NCBI GenBank assembly: GCA_030609965.1
Contig: JAUWSQ010000002.1
Coordinates: 1,395 to 65,394, forward strand
DNA: 64,000 bases
Origin: Candidatus Fermentibacterota bacterium
GTDB taxonomy: Bacteria; Fermentibacterota; Fermentibacteria; Fermentibacterales; JCC-6
Direction of reading: 5' to 3'
The translations under genes were made by a program, and so were the position numbers. Numbering within the stretch: position 1 is the stretch's first letter; every line of letters begins with the position of its first letter. Below are positions 18,439 to 27,165 of the stretch, in pieces. The notes below the pieces were generated by a model, which saw only the letters and a program-made list of their open reading frames with translations, was not told where the DNA came from and made no database searches.

Positions 18439-19866
18439 GTGACCGGTTTTAGTTTTCAGAGCAAAGGCGGGAGCCGCCGCGGGGCGGCTCTCGTCCTCGT
18501 GTTCGTTGTTACACTCGTAATGAGCCTGCTGGTTGCCGCTGTATACATCCTGTTCTCAGATAATGTATCTACTCAGGAATATGCACACGACAGAATAGGA
18601 GCACGTTATACGGCAGAAGCAGGAGTGAGAATGGCTGTAAATCTGCTGTCCCTTGAAACGGAATTTCCTGTAAGTACGGACCCTTACTATATGCCGGATG
18701 ACAGCAGCGGATGGATAACCATGCCGGGGGTTATGGGCAGGGCGCTTGTTGTCATCGATCCCCGTAATAATGTATCGAATCCGCGGGCTATCCGGGGGAT
18801 GGAACTCCGCGGCAGGGGCAGCAGCGGGAGCATGACAATGGATGTCATCATGCATTACGCGCCGGATACACCATCAAGGTACGCTCTTCTGGTGGATGAA
18901 GCGATACCAGCAGGATTCTTCACCGATGGAAGGGTGGTTGAAGGTCCTGTTCACTGTAACGGCATCATTAATTTGAGCAGCGTATCCCCCGATTCGATCG
19001 GAGATCCTTTTGCGAAGGAGATATCAACAACTACCGAGGGTGGCTTCCGATTCTCGGATATTGGATTCTCGGAGGTTCCTCACCCCGATAGAAGTGCAGT
19101 CTGGGTAAGACCCTACCGCCAGCATCTTGCCGGTTCTCCAACCTGGGATCCGTCCTCCAGCTCGATTGATTTTGCCCGGGTAAGCAATTATTTCAGCGGC
19201 CTTCTGAGTGAAGCCACGCAGATGGGAACCGTTGTAAGCGGTGTCAAGCGTATCATCATAGATGGAAGCACAATTCTTATGAAATCCGCAAATGACGGTA
19301 TTATCACTTTCCTTGAACTGGAAGACGGAAAGAACCTTGTATTTATCCATAACGGCGGTATGCCCGTATACATTAAGTCGGGGGGATCGATAAAAATGCC
19401 CCTCACAATTGTGGCAACAGGTTCAATCTACATCTACGGGAATATATGGGCAGATGGCGCAGGAGCCAGCGGTCCGCTGGCCCTTGTAACACTCGGAGAT
19501 CTTATCATACCTTCCGACCCGCGTTTCACAGGCGGTCCGGACTGGTCTCCGCCATGGGACATTCAGACGGAAACGGATCTCGTTGTAACCGCATTTCTGG
19601 CCGCTCCTTCGGGAGAGCTCCGATCAGAGAGTGTCATGTACCCGGCGGAAGAACGGACTTTCAGCATATACGGCGGTCTTATGGAAAAGAGAATGGGACG
19701 TATCGGGACCAGTATCAGCGGTTACCATCTTGTGATTGAATATGATCAGGGATTGAGCTCTTTAATGCCCCCGCACTTCCCGCTTCTGGAGAACTGGATA
19801 ATCACTTCATGGATGGAAGATCCCGACTACGGGGAAAACGGCAGCATCCACGACGACCGCTATTAA
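18439..19866 (+). CDS. PilX_N-like large pseudopilin-like protein (paralogue of 16859..18421)
   Basis: The start is GTG. It reads RRGAALVLVFVVTLVMSLLVAAVYILF...ARYTAEAGVR. Shared internal blocks are GPVHCNGIINLSS versus GPFHSNSVVQLSS, and the C-termini share PPHFP versus PPYFP. Confidence 0.55.
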   Translation: MTGFSFQSKGGSRRGAALVLVFVVTLVMSLLVAAVYILFSDNVSTQEYAHDRIGARYTAEAGVRMAVNLLSLETEFPVSTDPYYMPDDSSGWITMPGVMGRALVVIDPRNNVSNPRAIRGMELRGRGSSGSMTMDVIMHYAPDTPSRYALLVDEAIPAGFFTDGRVVEGPVHCNGIINLSSVSPDSIGDPFAKEISTTTEGGFRFSDIGFSEVPHPDRSAVWVRPYRQHLAGSPTWDPSSSSIDFARVSNYFSGLLSEATQMGTVVSGVKRIIIDGSTILMKSANDGIITFLELEDGKNLVFIHNGGMPVYIKSGGSIKMPLTIVATGSIYIYGNIWADGAGASGPLALVTLGDLIIPSDPRFTGGPDWSPPWDIQTETDLVVTAFLAAPSGELRSESVMYPAEERTFSIYGGLMEKRMGRIGTSISGYHLVIEYDQGLSSLMPPHFPLLENWIITSWMEDPDYGENGSIHDDRY

Positions 19867-19918
19867 CATTTGGGGTCAGGCATCAAAACTTAGCATTCTT
19901 AGCATTTAGGGTCAGGCT
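19863..19918. repeat. Left inverted repeat (about 1.5 REP-like units)
   Basis: ttaacatttggggtcaggcatcaaaacttagcattcttagcatttagggtcaggct. It covers the stop codon of 18439..19866 and the 3' end of the RAYT gene. Confidence 0.85.
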
Positions 19919-20794
19919 GGAATGCTCAATAACACATTTTGAACGCTCTGCCTTGATTATTTTGTTTATCGTCACACAATGAAGTTTAACGTGTCTGGCG
20001 ATATCCACCTGACGGTAAGCATAGGCTGAATATGCTTGAAAGATGATTTTATTCCTGAAAACTTTAGTAAAGCATTCTGAACGCTCAAAAAGCTCTGAAA
20101 GTGTTGGTCGATATGCATAACGCTGTTCACGGGCGATACGCTTCCTGTTAATGACAGGTTTCAGAATGCTTTCTAATGATGAGAGGAATTCCCTGTTTCC
20201 AAGGAAAGTATTAGCGACAGCATGAGATAAAGGTGATGGTTTGCCTATACCCTCCAGAACGAAATTTAAATAGTTCTTTCTTGCTTCATTTGGTTCTGTT
20301 CCGAAGTTAGATAGAATCCACTGGGTTGAAATGATGAGATGCTCTTGCTCTATTGTCCCGGTCATCTCATTGAAGCTGCTCCATTTGTATTCACCTGGAT
20401 GTTTGACAAGACCTGCTCGTAATGGATTAAGAACAATGTACCTGCACAACTCAAGAAGATAGGATTCGCGTTGAACCAGAATAGAGTGGAATCTTCCCTG
20501 GAATACATGCCCGACGCAGTCATGCTTCGTATTGAAATAATTCGCATATGTTGAATGCAGCAGATGCATCCCGCGAGAAATATTACTCTCAGGTGTTTCC
20601 AGGATAAGATGGTAGTGTGTACCCATAATGCAGTATCCGTAACAGAGAATATTGCATTCTTTGAGTGTTTTATTCAGGATGCGTAAGAATTTGTATCTAT
20701 CTACATCCTCTAGAAAGATCGTTTTTTTGTTATTACCTCTGGAGTAGATGTGATAGAGAGCGCCAGGGAATTCAGTTCTTAATTGTCTTGCCAT
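19883..20794 (-). CDS. REP-associated tyrosine transposase (IS200/Y1-like HUH) with a C-terminal HTH extension
   Basis: GALYHIYSRGN, the HUH motif CIMGTHYHLILE, YIVLNPLRAGLVKHPGEYKWSS with the catalytic Tyr region, and a C-terminal AYAYRQVDIARHVKLHCVTINKII segment (DnaA_C-like HTH). The last 11 codons lie inside the left repeat. Confidence 0.75.
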   Translation of the reverse strand: MARQLRTEFPGALYHIYSRGNNKKTIFLEDVDRYKFLRILNKTLKECNILCYGYCIMGTHYHLILETPESNISRGMHLLHSTYANYFNTKHDCVGHVFQGRFHSILVQRESYLLELCRYIVLNPLRAGLVKHPGEYKWSSFNEMTGTIEQEHLIISTQWILSNFGTEPNEARKNYLNFVLEGIGKPSPLSHAVANTFLGNREFLSSLESILKPVINRKRIAREQRYAYRPTLSELFERSECFTKVFRNKIIFQAYSAYAYRQVDIARHVKLHCVTINKIIKAERSKCVIEHSSLTLNAKNAKF

Positions 20795-20854
20795 AACTAG
20801 AGGTTACGCGAAAATTACCAATGACGCAAGTGGTCACAAGTATTTATCGGTTAT

Positions 20855-20944
20855 AGCCTGACCCTAAATGCTAAGAATGCTAAGTTTTGATGCCTGACCC
20901 CAAATGTTAAGAATGCTAAGTTCTGGTGCCTGACCCCTTATGTT
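20855..20944. repeat. Right array of about 2.5 tandem 36-nt REP-like units
   Basis: Unit 20873-20908 (aagaatgctaagttttgatgcctgaccccaaatgtt) compares with unit 20909-20944 (aagaatgctaagttctggtgcctgaccccttatgtt). The last unit contains the glyA stop codon. Confidence 0.85.
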
Positions 20945-22371
20945 AACTTTCTCAGGTTATCAGCGAAGAGTTTGGCGTATTCACCAGTCGGGAAAGCCGA
21001 TTCCATTGCCCCTGCAGCAAGGGCAATACTCTCTTCAAGAGGCAGTGTGTAGCGCATTACGGTGTATTTCTTTCGGAAATCCGCCACCTCATCTGCAACA
21101 TCTTCGTTTTTCAGGATTATTCGGGCCATCAGTTCCGCAAGCTGACCGAAATCATCCTCATCCATTCCGTACCTGGTCATTTCCGAAACACCTGTTCTTA
21201 TACCGCTTGAGGAAAGGAAAGTTTTATCGTCGGGCAGAGCCTGGTAATTAACTATGATATTGTTCTCCTGAAGGCGGTCTGCTATCTCGGAACCTTCTCC
21301 GTGTTCTGCAACCCGGATTACAACCTGATGAGTGTGTGTATACCCGTCCGCAGGATCACCTTCCACCGCAAGACCATTATCTGCCAGATGTTTCGCGAAG
21401 GCTCTAGCGTTTGACAGAACCCTGTTCTGATATTCATCCTTGAATTCGTTCATCTCTGTGGTAGCAACAAGAAGACCCAGAAGGGTTGCAAGATGGTGGT
21501 TGCTTGTACTGCCCGGGAACGCTCTGCTTGTAATATCGAGCCAGAGTTTCCGGAGCGGTGTCTTCTTCGCCATGTTGCTGACAATTACTCCGCGCTGCGG
21601 GCCGAAAAATGTTTTGTGAGTGGAACCTGTGACAACATCCGCGCCGTCAGTCAGTGGAGCCTGGAAAGCCCCGTAAATGCCGAGGACATGTGCCATATCG
21701 TACATTATAACCGGTCTGTCTTCCCAGTCTGCTACTTCATCTGCAAACTCTTTAACAGGTTCAGGGTAGAGGAACATACTCTTTCCAAAAATAACAAGCT
21801 CCGGGCGGACACGACGGACCATTTCCAGCATCTTCGGTACATCTATCCTGTAGGGATTACTATCCATTACCGGGAAGTTTACGCAATTTTCCTTACCCGT
21901 TTCAGGGTCGATCTCGACAAAATTGAAAAGAGCTCCGAATGGCTGGCTGGATAGATGACCACCTTTGCCAAGATCGTTATTCATTACGGCACGGAGCTTC
22001 CTGAATGTACCATCGGGAGTAGATCTGTTCACGAATTTGGTTACTCCTTCAAATATCACCGCATTCGCCATCTGTCCGCTTATTGTTCTTAATTCAGCTT
22101 CCGAACACTGAAAATACTCCTTTATCGCCTCAACAGCTTCTTCCTCTATTCTTCTGATAAAATCGGTTCCGTGATAGAAATAAACGTCTCTGCCCTTCAT
22201 CCTTTTATGCTCGGCGTATCTGCCTGCCGGATCGCACAATTCGCAAATTTTAACCAATGGACTGGGGGTATTCTCAGATGGAATGAGGTTAACGCATTTC
22301 CTCTGTCTCCAGAGGTTATTCTCTCTGATTCTTCCGAACAGATCATCCATTTTCTTAGACAGATCAGCCAT
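20938..22371 (-). CDS. glyA: Serine hydroxymethyltransferase family protein (long form)
   Basis: NLIPSENTPSP, DMAHVLGI and the PLP-lysine block TGSTHKTFFGPQRG, followed by FPGSTSNHH. Confidence 0.75.
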   Translation of the reverse strand: MADLSKKMDDLFGRIRENNLWRQRKCVNLIPSENTPSPLVKICELCDPAGRYAEHKRMKGRDVYFYHGTDFIRRIEEEAVEAIKEYFQCSEAELRTISGQMANAVIFEGVTKFVNRSTPDGTFRKLRAVMNNDLGKGGHLSSQPFGALFNFVEIDPETGKENCVNFPVMDSNPYRIDVPKMLEMVRRVRPELVIFGKSMFLYPEPVKEFADEVADWEDRPVIMYDMAHVLGIYGAFQAPLTDGADVVTGSTHKTFFGPQRGVIVSNMAKKTPLRKLWLDITSRAFPGSTSNHHLATLLGLLVATTEMNEFKDEYQNRVLSNARAFAKHLADNGLAVEGDPADGYTHTHQVVIRVAEHGEGSEIADRLQENNIIVNYQALPDDKTFLSSSGIRTGVSEMTRYGMDEDDFGQLAELMARIILKNEDVADEVADFRKKYTVMRYTLPLEESIALAAGAMESAFPTGEYAKLFADNLRKLT

Positions 22372-22403
22372 GATACAGCTCCTTATTAGTTTTTAAACGG
22401 ATT

Positions 22404-23234
22404 TCATAAAGTTTCCAGTGATCCTCTTACAACTTCAGGTGACAGTACAATAATGCAGGCTCCCAGGTGATTATCCAAATCTCCGGTTATCTCCTCTATC
22501 GAACTGATTATTTCGTTAAGTGTATCACCAGGAACGAGTGCCAGAATAGTCCTGGGTTCAGGCTTGGAACTGCCGAGTACATCAAGGAACCCCGCAAAGA
22601 CAGGTGCTCCTGAGAGGATCTGAGACATAAGGCTTCCTTCGTGGGTTATGGCACCGGGAAGACCCATTTCCAGAAAGAGCTCAATTATATCGTTGTAGAT
22701 ATCCTCTTCCTGAACTACTACGATCAGCAGTTTGTTAAAAGTTCTGTCCTTGCTTGAATCGAGGGCAGTTGCCGGAGCAGCATGGTAAAGGAAAGCTTCC
22801 CTGAGGGCGAAAGATGTTGCACTGCTGAGCATCTCGTATCTGGATTTGCCGCCGCCAAATACTCTGCTGGCTGCTGCAAGCAGCCTCAGATGCATCTCCG
22901 GCTCGTCAGGGGGACCTACTATAGCACAGAAAATATGCACATTTCTGCTGTCCATGGCTTCAAAATCAACGCCCCGGGCTGAAACACCCAGTGCAAGGAC
23001 AAATTCCTTCATTCCTGTTATCTTGCAGTGCGGGATCGCGATTCCATTGCCGAAACCCGTAGACCCCATTTTCTCTCTTTCCAGAAGACCCAGCTCGATA
23101 ATGTCCGGATCGGTCCCGGCAGCGTTCGGAGATGCCGCGAGAAGCCCTGCAAGGCTACTGATAACTTCTTCTTTTGTTTTTCCCGCAAGTTCGATCGTGC
23201 AGGATTCAGGTGGCAGGTATTTGGAAATATCCAT
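22404..23234 (-). CDS. PTS EIIA(Ntr)-type domain fused to a PII-like C-terminal domain
   Basis: The N-terminal domain reads LLEREKMGSTGFGNGIAIPHCK, including the phospho-His motif. The C-terminal 110 aa (KLLIVVVQEEDIYNDIIELFLEMGLPGAITHEG...ILALVPGDTLNEIISSIEEITG...GACIIVLSPEVV) have a beta-alpha-beta-beta-alpha-beta pattern typical of PII-like proteins. Confidence 0.6.
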   Translation of the reverse strand: MDISKYLPPESCTIELAGKTKEEVISSLAGLLAASPNAAGTDPDIIELGLLEREKMGSTGFGNGIAIPHCKITGMKEFVLALGVSARGVDFEAMDSRNVHIFCAIVGPPDEPEMHLRLLAAASRVFGGGKSRYEMLSSATSFALREAFLYHAAPATALDSSKDRTFNKLLIVVVQEEDIYNDIIELFLEMGLPGAITHEGSLMSQILSGAPVFAGFLDVLGSSKPEPRTILALVPGDTLNEIISSIEEITGDLDNHLGACIIVLSPEVVRGSLETL

Positions 23235-23238
23235 TTTT

Positions 23239-24471
23239 TTACTCCAGTTTAGCGCCGTGTATTACAGCATACCTTGAAAGCGGTGGACCGGTAAGTTCAT
23301 TGATAAGTACTGAGAACAGCACGATGTTTATCAGGGTGGTCGTAATCTCACGATTAACTGCGAAAAAGGGCATCGTATCAAGAAAGAGAACAAGGCCGAT
23401 AGCAACACCAGCCTGTGGAAGCATTCCATAACCGAGATACTTCTTTATCAGAGGGTCCGATCGAGCTGCGGCTGCTCCAAAATGTACTCCAAAAACTTTT
23501 CCGGCAGCTCTTGCAAGAACATATATTCCGCCCATCAGCAGGATATGAGGTGAGGTAAGGACAGCGATGTTCAGTTCAGTACCGGCAATCGCAAAAAAAG
23601 CTGCGTACAGGGGGGGAGAAATCAAATCAAGAGTATTCACGATCCGGAGGGTTTTCTTCGACAAATTAGCAAGTACAGCCCCCGCAGCCATACTTGCAAG
23701 AAGCGCGCTGAGATGGAAACTGTTAGAGATCGCAGAGAGAATGAGTATTACACCAAGTGATATTATAAGGATCTCGTTGACTCTTTTCCTTCTTCGGGTC
23801 AATAGATGCAGGAGCCATCCAGCAATGGCTCCGAGAATAAGTGATGAGATAATTTCGATGACAGCATGGAAGATCGAATGAGCAAGACCGGTAGCTGAAC
23901 CGAGAGAATTCCCTGCAATGGCCGTTATCGTTGCGAAAAGAAGTACACATCCCGCATCATCAAGCGCAACGATTCCATACAGATAATCTACAAATGGTCC
24001 TCTGGCCTTGAGTTCTCTGATAATTGCAACGGTCGCCGCGGGTGCAGTTGCCGATGCGATAGCTCCAAGAATTGCCGCATATTCCAGTTTCATTCCAGCA
24101 ATAACAAGACCCGCCGTGACAAGCAGAAAAGAGCCGAAAAGCTGGAACAGAGTAATGATAACCATCGGCCTCCCGATGGCTCTGAGTTTTCTAAGGCTGA
24201 ATTCACTTCCGATCACCAGCGCGATAAGGGCCAGGGCGACTTCGGTTATCGTTGCAAGAGCCTCATCAAGATCCTCATGAACAAGGCCGACGCATGAAGG
24301 GCCAAGCAGAAGACCTGCGAGTATGAAACCTGTTATGGCCGGAAGCCGTATTTTTTCGGCAAGCCTTCCCATGAAATAGCTCCCCATGAGAAGAATTCCT
24401 ACTCCGAATACGATATGGTGGCTGAAAGCTTCCCGCAGTTCCAGCAGATAACCTGATAAATCTGATAACAT
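23239..24471 (-). CDS. Cation:proton antiporter (CPA2/Kef-like, membrane domain only)
   Basis: It has about 12 hydrophobic helices. LPAITGFILAGLLLGPS and GSEFSL blocks are typical of the Na_H_Exchanger family. The start is set at the ATG 4 nt after a GGAGG sequence; the longer ORF runs to 24522. Confidence 0.75.
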   Translation of the reverse strand: MLSDLSGYLLELREAFSHHIVFGVGILLMGSYFMGRLAEKIRLPAITGFILAGLLLGPSCVGLVHEDLDEALATITEVALALIALVIGSEFSLRKLRAIGRPMVIITLFQLFGSFLLVTAGLVIAGMKLEYAAILGAIASATAPAATVAIIRELKARGPFVDYLYGIVALDDAGCVLLFATITAIAGNSLGSATGLAHSIFHAVIEIISSLILGAIAGWLLHLLTRRRKRVNEILIISLGVILILSAISNSFHLSALLASMAAGAVLANLSKKTLRIVNTLDLISPPLYAAFFAIAGTELNIAVLTSPHILLMGGIYVLARAAGKVFGVHFGAAAARSDPLIKKYLGYGMLPQAGVAIGLVLFLDTMPFFAVNREITTTLINIVLFSVLINELTGPPLSRYAVIHGAKLE

Positions 24472-24600
24472 CATACCTCCCAAACAGGGCTCCAGAATAA
24501 TTCCGTGATGTTCCCGGGTCAACCTTATGAATAGTGCAGGAAAGTCTTATATTCCTGTGAATGTAAATAATGATGATATCGATGAGAAAGGTGAGAAACT

Positions 24601-25708
24601 GTGAACCTTGAAGAAATACAAAGAAGTTTTTCCAGAATATCCAAAAGGCTTTCAAGACTAAAGGAGGGTCTTTGACTTCGCAGGACTTGTAGAGAACGAG
24701 GGGAAATTCAACAAGGTAATGGCTGAACCAGGTTTCTGGGACAACAGGGAAAGCGCAATGAAGACCATTACGAAGAACAAACAGATTCAGGCATGGCTTG
24801 ATCCCATTCGTGAATTGGAAAGTAAGCTCGATAATGTAAACATCGCTATTGAGCTGCTTGAAAGCGGTTCGGATGAAGAGCTTCTGAATGAGAGTTCGTC
24901 CAGCCTCACTGTAATTGACATGAAGCTTGACAGACTGGAATTCATACAGATGCTTGCAGGTCCGCATGACAGGGACAATGCAATACTTACGATCCGCTCT
25001 GGAGCCGGAGGACAGGACAGCCAGGATTGGGCTGAAATGCTGATGAAGATGTACATTCACTGGGCTGAAAAACAGGAATTTGATATTGAAGTGCTCAGCG
25101 TAAGTGAAGGCGGAACGGAGGGCGGTATCAGAGAAGCCACCCTGACAATTAAAGGTCCCTGGGCTTACGGGTACTTAAGGGCTGAGGGTGGTATTCATCG
25201 TCTTGTAAGGAAATCACCCTTCGACCAGAACCACAGGCGTCATACGAGTTTTGCTTCGGTATTTCCGCTGCCGGACATCGAGGAAGAAATTGAGGTTGAT
25301 CTTCGTGATGAGGATATCAGAATAGATACTTACAGGGCCAGCGGAGCGGGTGGTCAGCATGTAAATAAAACAGATTCAGCTGTTAGAATGACTCATATTC
25401 CAACCGGAATTGCGGTTACGTGCCAGAACCAGCGGTCACAATTTCGGAACAGGGAAGTAGCAAGGAGAATCCTGAGGGCAAGGCTGTATGAACTCGAAGA
25501 GGAGAAGAGACGGGAAGAGAAGGCAAAACTGGAGAAAACAAAGAAGGATGTATCGTGGGGTCATCAGATAAGATCGTACGTTATGCATCCCTACAGAATG
25601 GTAAAGGATCACCGGACCGGAATGGAAACATCCAGTATTGATGATTTCCTTTCCGGTGGAATCCAGGCATTTATTGAGGAATATCTGAGAAAGAGCAGTC
25701 AGCAATGA
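24601..25708 (+). CDS. prfB: Peptide chain release factor 2, requiring a programmed +1 frameshift: join(24601..24672,24674..25708)
   Basis: The SPF tripeptide (RKSPFD) and GGQ motif (SGAGGQHVNKTDSAVR) are present. The short frame-1 ORF MNLEEIQRSFSRISKRLSRLKEGL ends at CTT TGA C, and the protein then continues in frame 2 as DFAGLVENEGKFNKVMAEPGFWD. Confidence 0.93.
24662..24676 (+). promoter_or_regulatory. prfB: RF2 autoregulatory +1 frameshift site (internal SD plus CUU UGA C)
   Basis: aggaggg t ctt tga c: an SD-like AGGAGG lies 2 nt upstream of the slippery CTT, followed by an in-frame TGA and then C. Confidence 0.9.
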
Positions 25709-27165
25709 GTGATGATAATTATTCGGTAAGAGAAGAGAAGCTTCCTCATCTTAAGGAAGATCTTGGTATAGACCCATACCCAGCAGGATGTCTGATATCA
25801 GAACCAATCAGTAAGATAAGGGATAGCGGAGAAACAGAAGAGAGTGTGGTCCTATCGGGAAGACTTACCGGAAAACGGGAGCATGGAAAAACAATATTCG
25901 CTGACCTGCGGGATGGATCAGGATCGATCCAGCTATACTTTGGTAAAAAGGTCCTTAGCGAGAAGAACTGGTCTGTGCTTGATCTTCTCGATCTCGGAGA
26001 TATCGTTCAGGTGAAGGGATCCGTCTTTACCACCAGGATGGGAGAGCTGACAATCAGATGTGAGGAACTCGACCTGCTCTGTAAGAGCCTGAGACAGCTC
26101 CCTGTTGTTAAAGTGGATGCTCTGGGGGTGGCACATGATGAAGTTACAGACAGGGACTTACTCTACCGTCACAGGTGTGTAGATCTTCAGGTGAATCCTG
26201 ATTCACTCAGCAGATTCATAAAGCGGAGTAGAATCATTACCGCTTTAAGGTCATACCTTGATTCCCACGGATTCCTGGAAGTTGAAACACCTGTACTCCA
26301 GCCATTGTATGGAGGTGCAGCAGCAGAACCCTTTGAAACCATGTACGAAAGCATGAACCAGCAGTTCTATCTCAGAATAGCAACAGAGCTGTATCTGAAA
26401 CGACTCATAGCTGGCGGAATAGACAGGGTGTACGAACTTGGAAAGGATTTCAGGAACGAGGGCGTAGACAGGACACATAGCCCCGAGTTCACTCAGCTTG
26501 AGCTGTACGAAGCCTATGCGGATTACAATGTAATGATGAACAGATTCGAAGAGATGATCCGCCTGGCAGCCGATACTGCAGGTCATGGCAGCACTGTTGT
26601 GTACCAGGGAACCGGGTATGATCTGACTCCTCCGTTTCGGAGGATAGGTTTTATGGATTCACTTCGGGAAGCAAGTGGAGAGGATTTATTCTCGTGGGAT
26701 ACTGATGATCTTAAGAATCTGATGCATGAAAAAGGTTTAATCACCCAGGCGAATGACCGCATAACAATGCTGGACAAACTTTTCGATCATTACGTCGCCC
26801 ACAGGATTGAGCAGCCGACCTTCGTGATCGACTATCCCGAAGAGCTTTCGCCACTTGCAAAGCATAAGGCGGACAAACCGGGTGTCACTGAGAGATTCGA
26901 AGTATTCTTCGCAGGACTTGAACTTGCCAACGCTTTCAGTGAGCAGAACAACCCCCGGCTTCAGAGGAGGATTCTGACCGAACAGGCCGAAACAAGTGTA
27001 CACAGGAAGGGTGAGCTTGATGAAGAATTTCTGTACGCACTGGAAACCGGCATTCCTCCTACTGGCGGAATGGGGATAGGTATCGACCGCCTTGTTATGA
27101 TACTGACGGATACTGGAAAAATAAGAGATACTATTCTTTTTCCGCATTTAAGACGGAACGATTAG
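25705..27165 (+). CDS. lysS: Lysine--tRNA ligase (class II)
   Basis: FRNEGVDRTHSPEFTQLELYEAYADY, GGMGIGIDRLVMILT, and an N-terminal OB anticodon-binding domain. The start overlaps the prfB stop as ATGA. Confidence 0.92.
   Translation: MSDDNYSVREEKLPHLKEDLGIDPYPAGCLISEPISKIRDSGETEESVVLSGRLTGKREHGKTIFADLRDGSGSIQLYFGKKVLSEKNWSVLDLLDLGDIVQVKGSVFTTRMGELTIRCEELDLLCKSLRQLPVVKVDALGVAHDEVTDRDLLYRHRCVDLQVNPDSLSRFIKRSRIITALRSYLDSHGFLEVETPVLQPLYGGAAAEPFETMYESMNQQFYLRIATELYLKRLIAGGIDRVYELGKDFRNEGVDRTHSPEFTQLELYEAYADYNVMMNRFEEMIRLAADTAGHGSTVVYQGTGYDLTPPFRRIGFMDSLREASGEDLFSWDTDDLKNLMHEKGLITQANDRITMLDKLFDHYVAHRIEQPTFVIDYPEELSPLAKHKADKPGVTERFEVFFAGLELANAFSEQNNPRLQRRILTEQAETSVHRKGELDEEFLYALETGIPPTGGMGIGIDRLVMILTDTGKIRDTILFPHLRRND

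Larger units (their letters stand above)
19863..20944 (-). mobile_element. RAYT-type HUH transposase unit bracketed by inverted arrays of REP-like repeats
   Basis: 19863-19918 is the exact reverse complement of 20855-20910 (56 of 56 positions). The right side continues with another copy of the about 36-nt unit. The enclosed gene looks more AT-rich than its neighbours by eye. Confidence 0.7.

Noticed and set aside
20855-20944. Tandem repeats of about 36 nt, considered as a possible miniature CRISPR array.
   Set aside because: The units abut directly with no spacers. The same sequence occurs inverted on the other side of a transposase gene, and no cas genes are present. The pattern fits REP-like repeats.
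24275-25060. A 261-aa minus-strand ORF overlapping prfB and the antiporter 5' end.
   Set aside because: It is antisense to the strongly supported prfB. It has no recognisable motifs and a Leu/Ser/Phe-rich composition typical of shadow ORFs.
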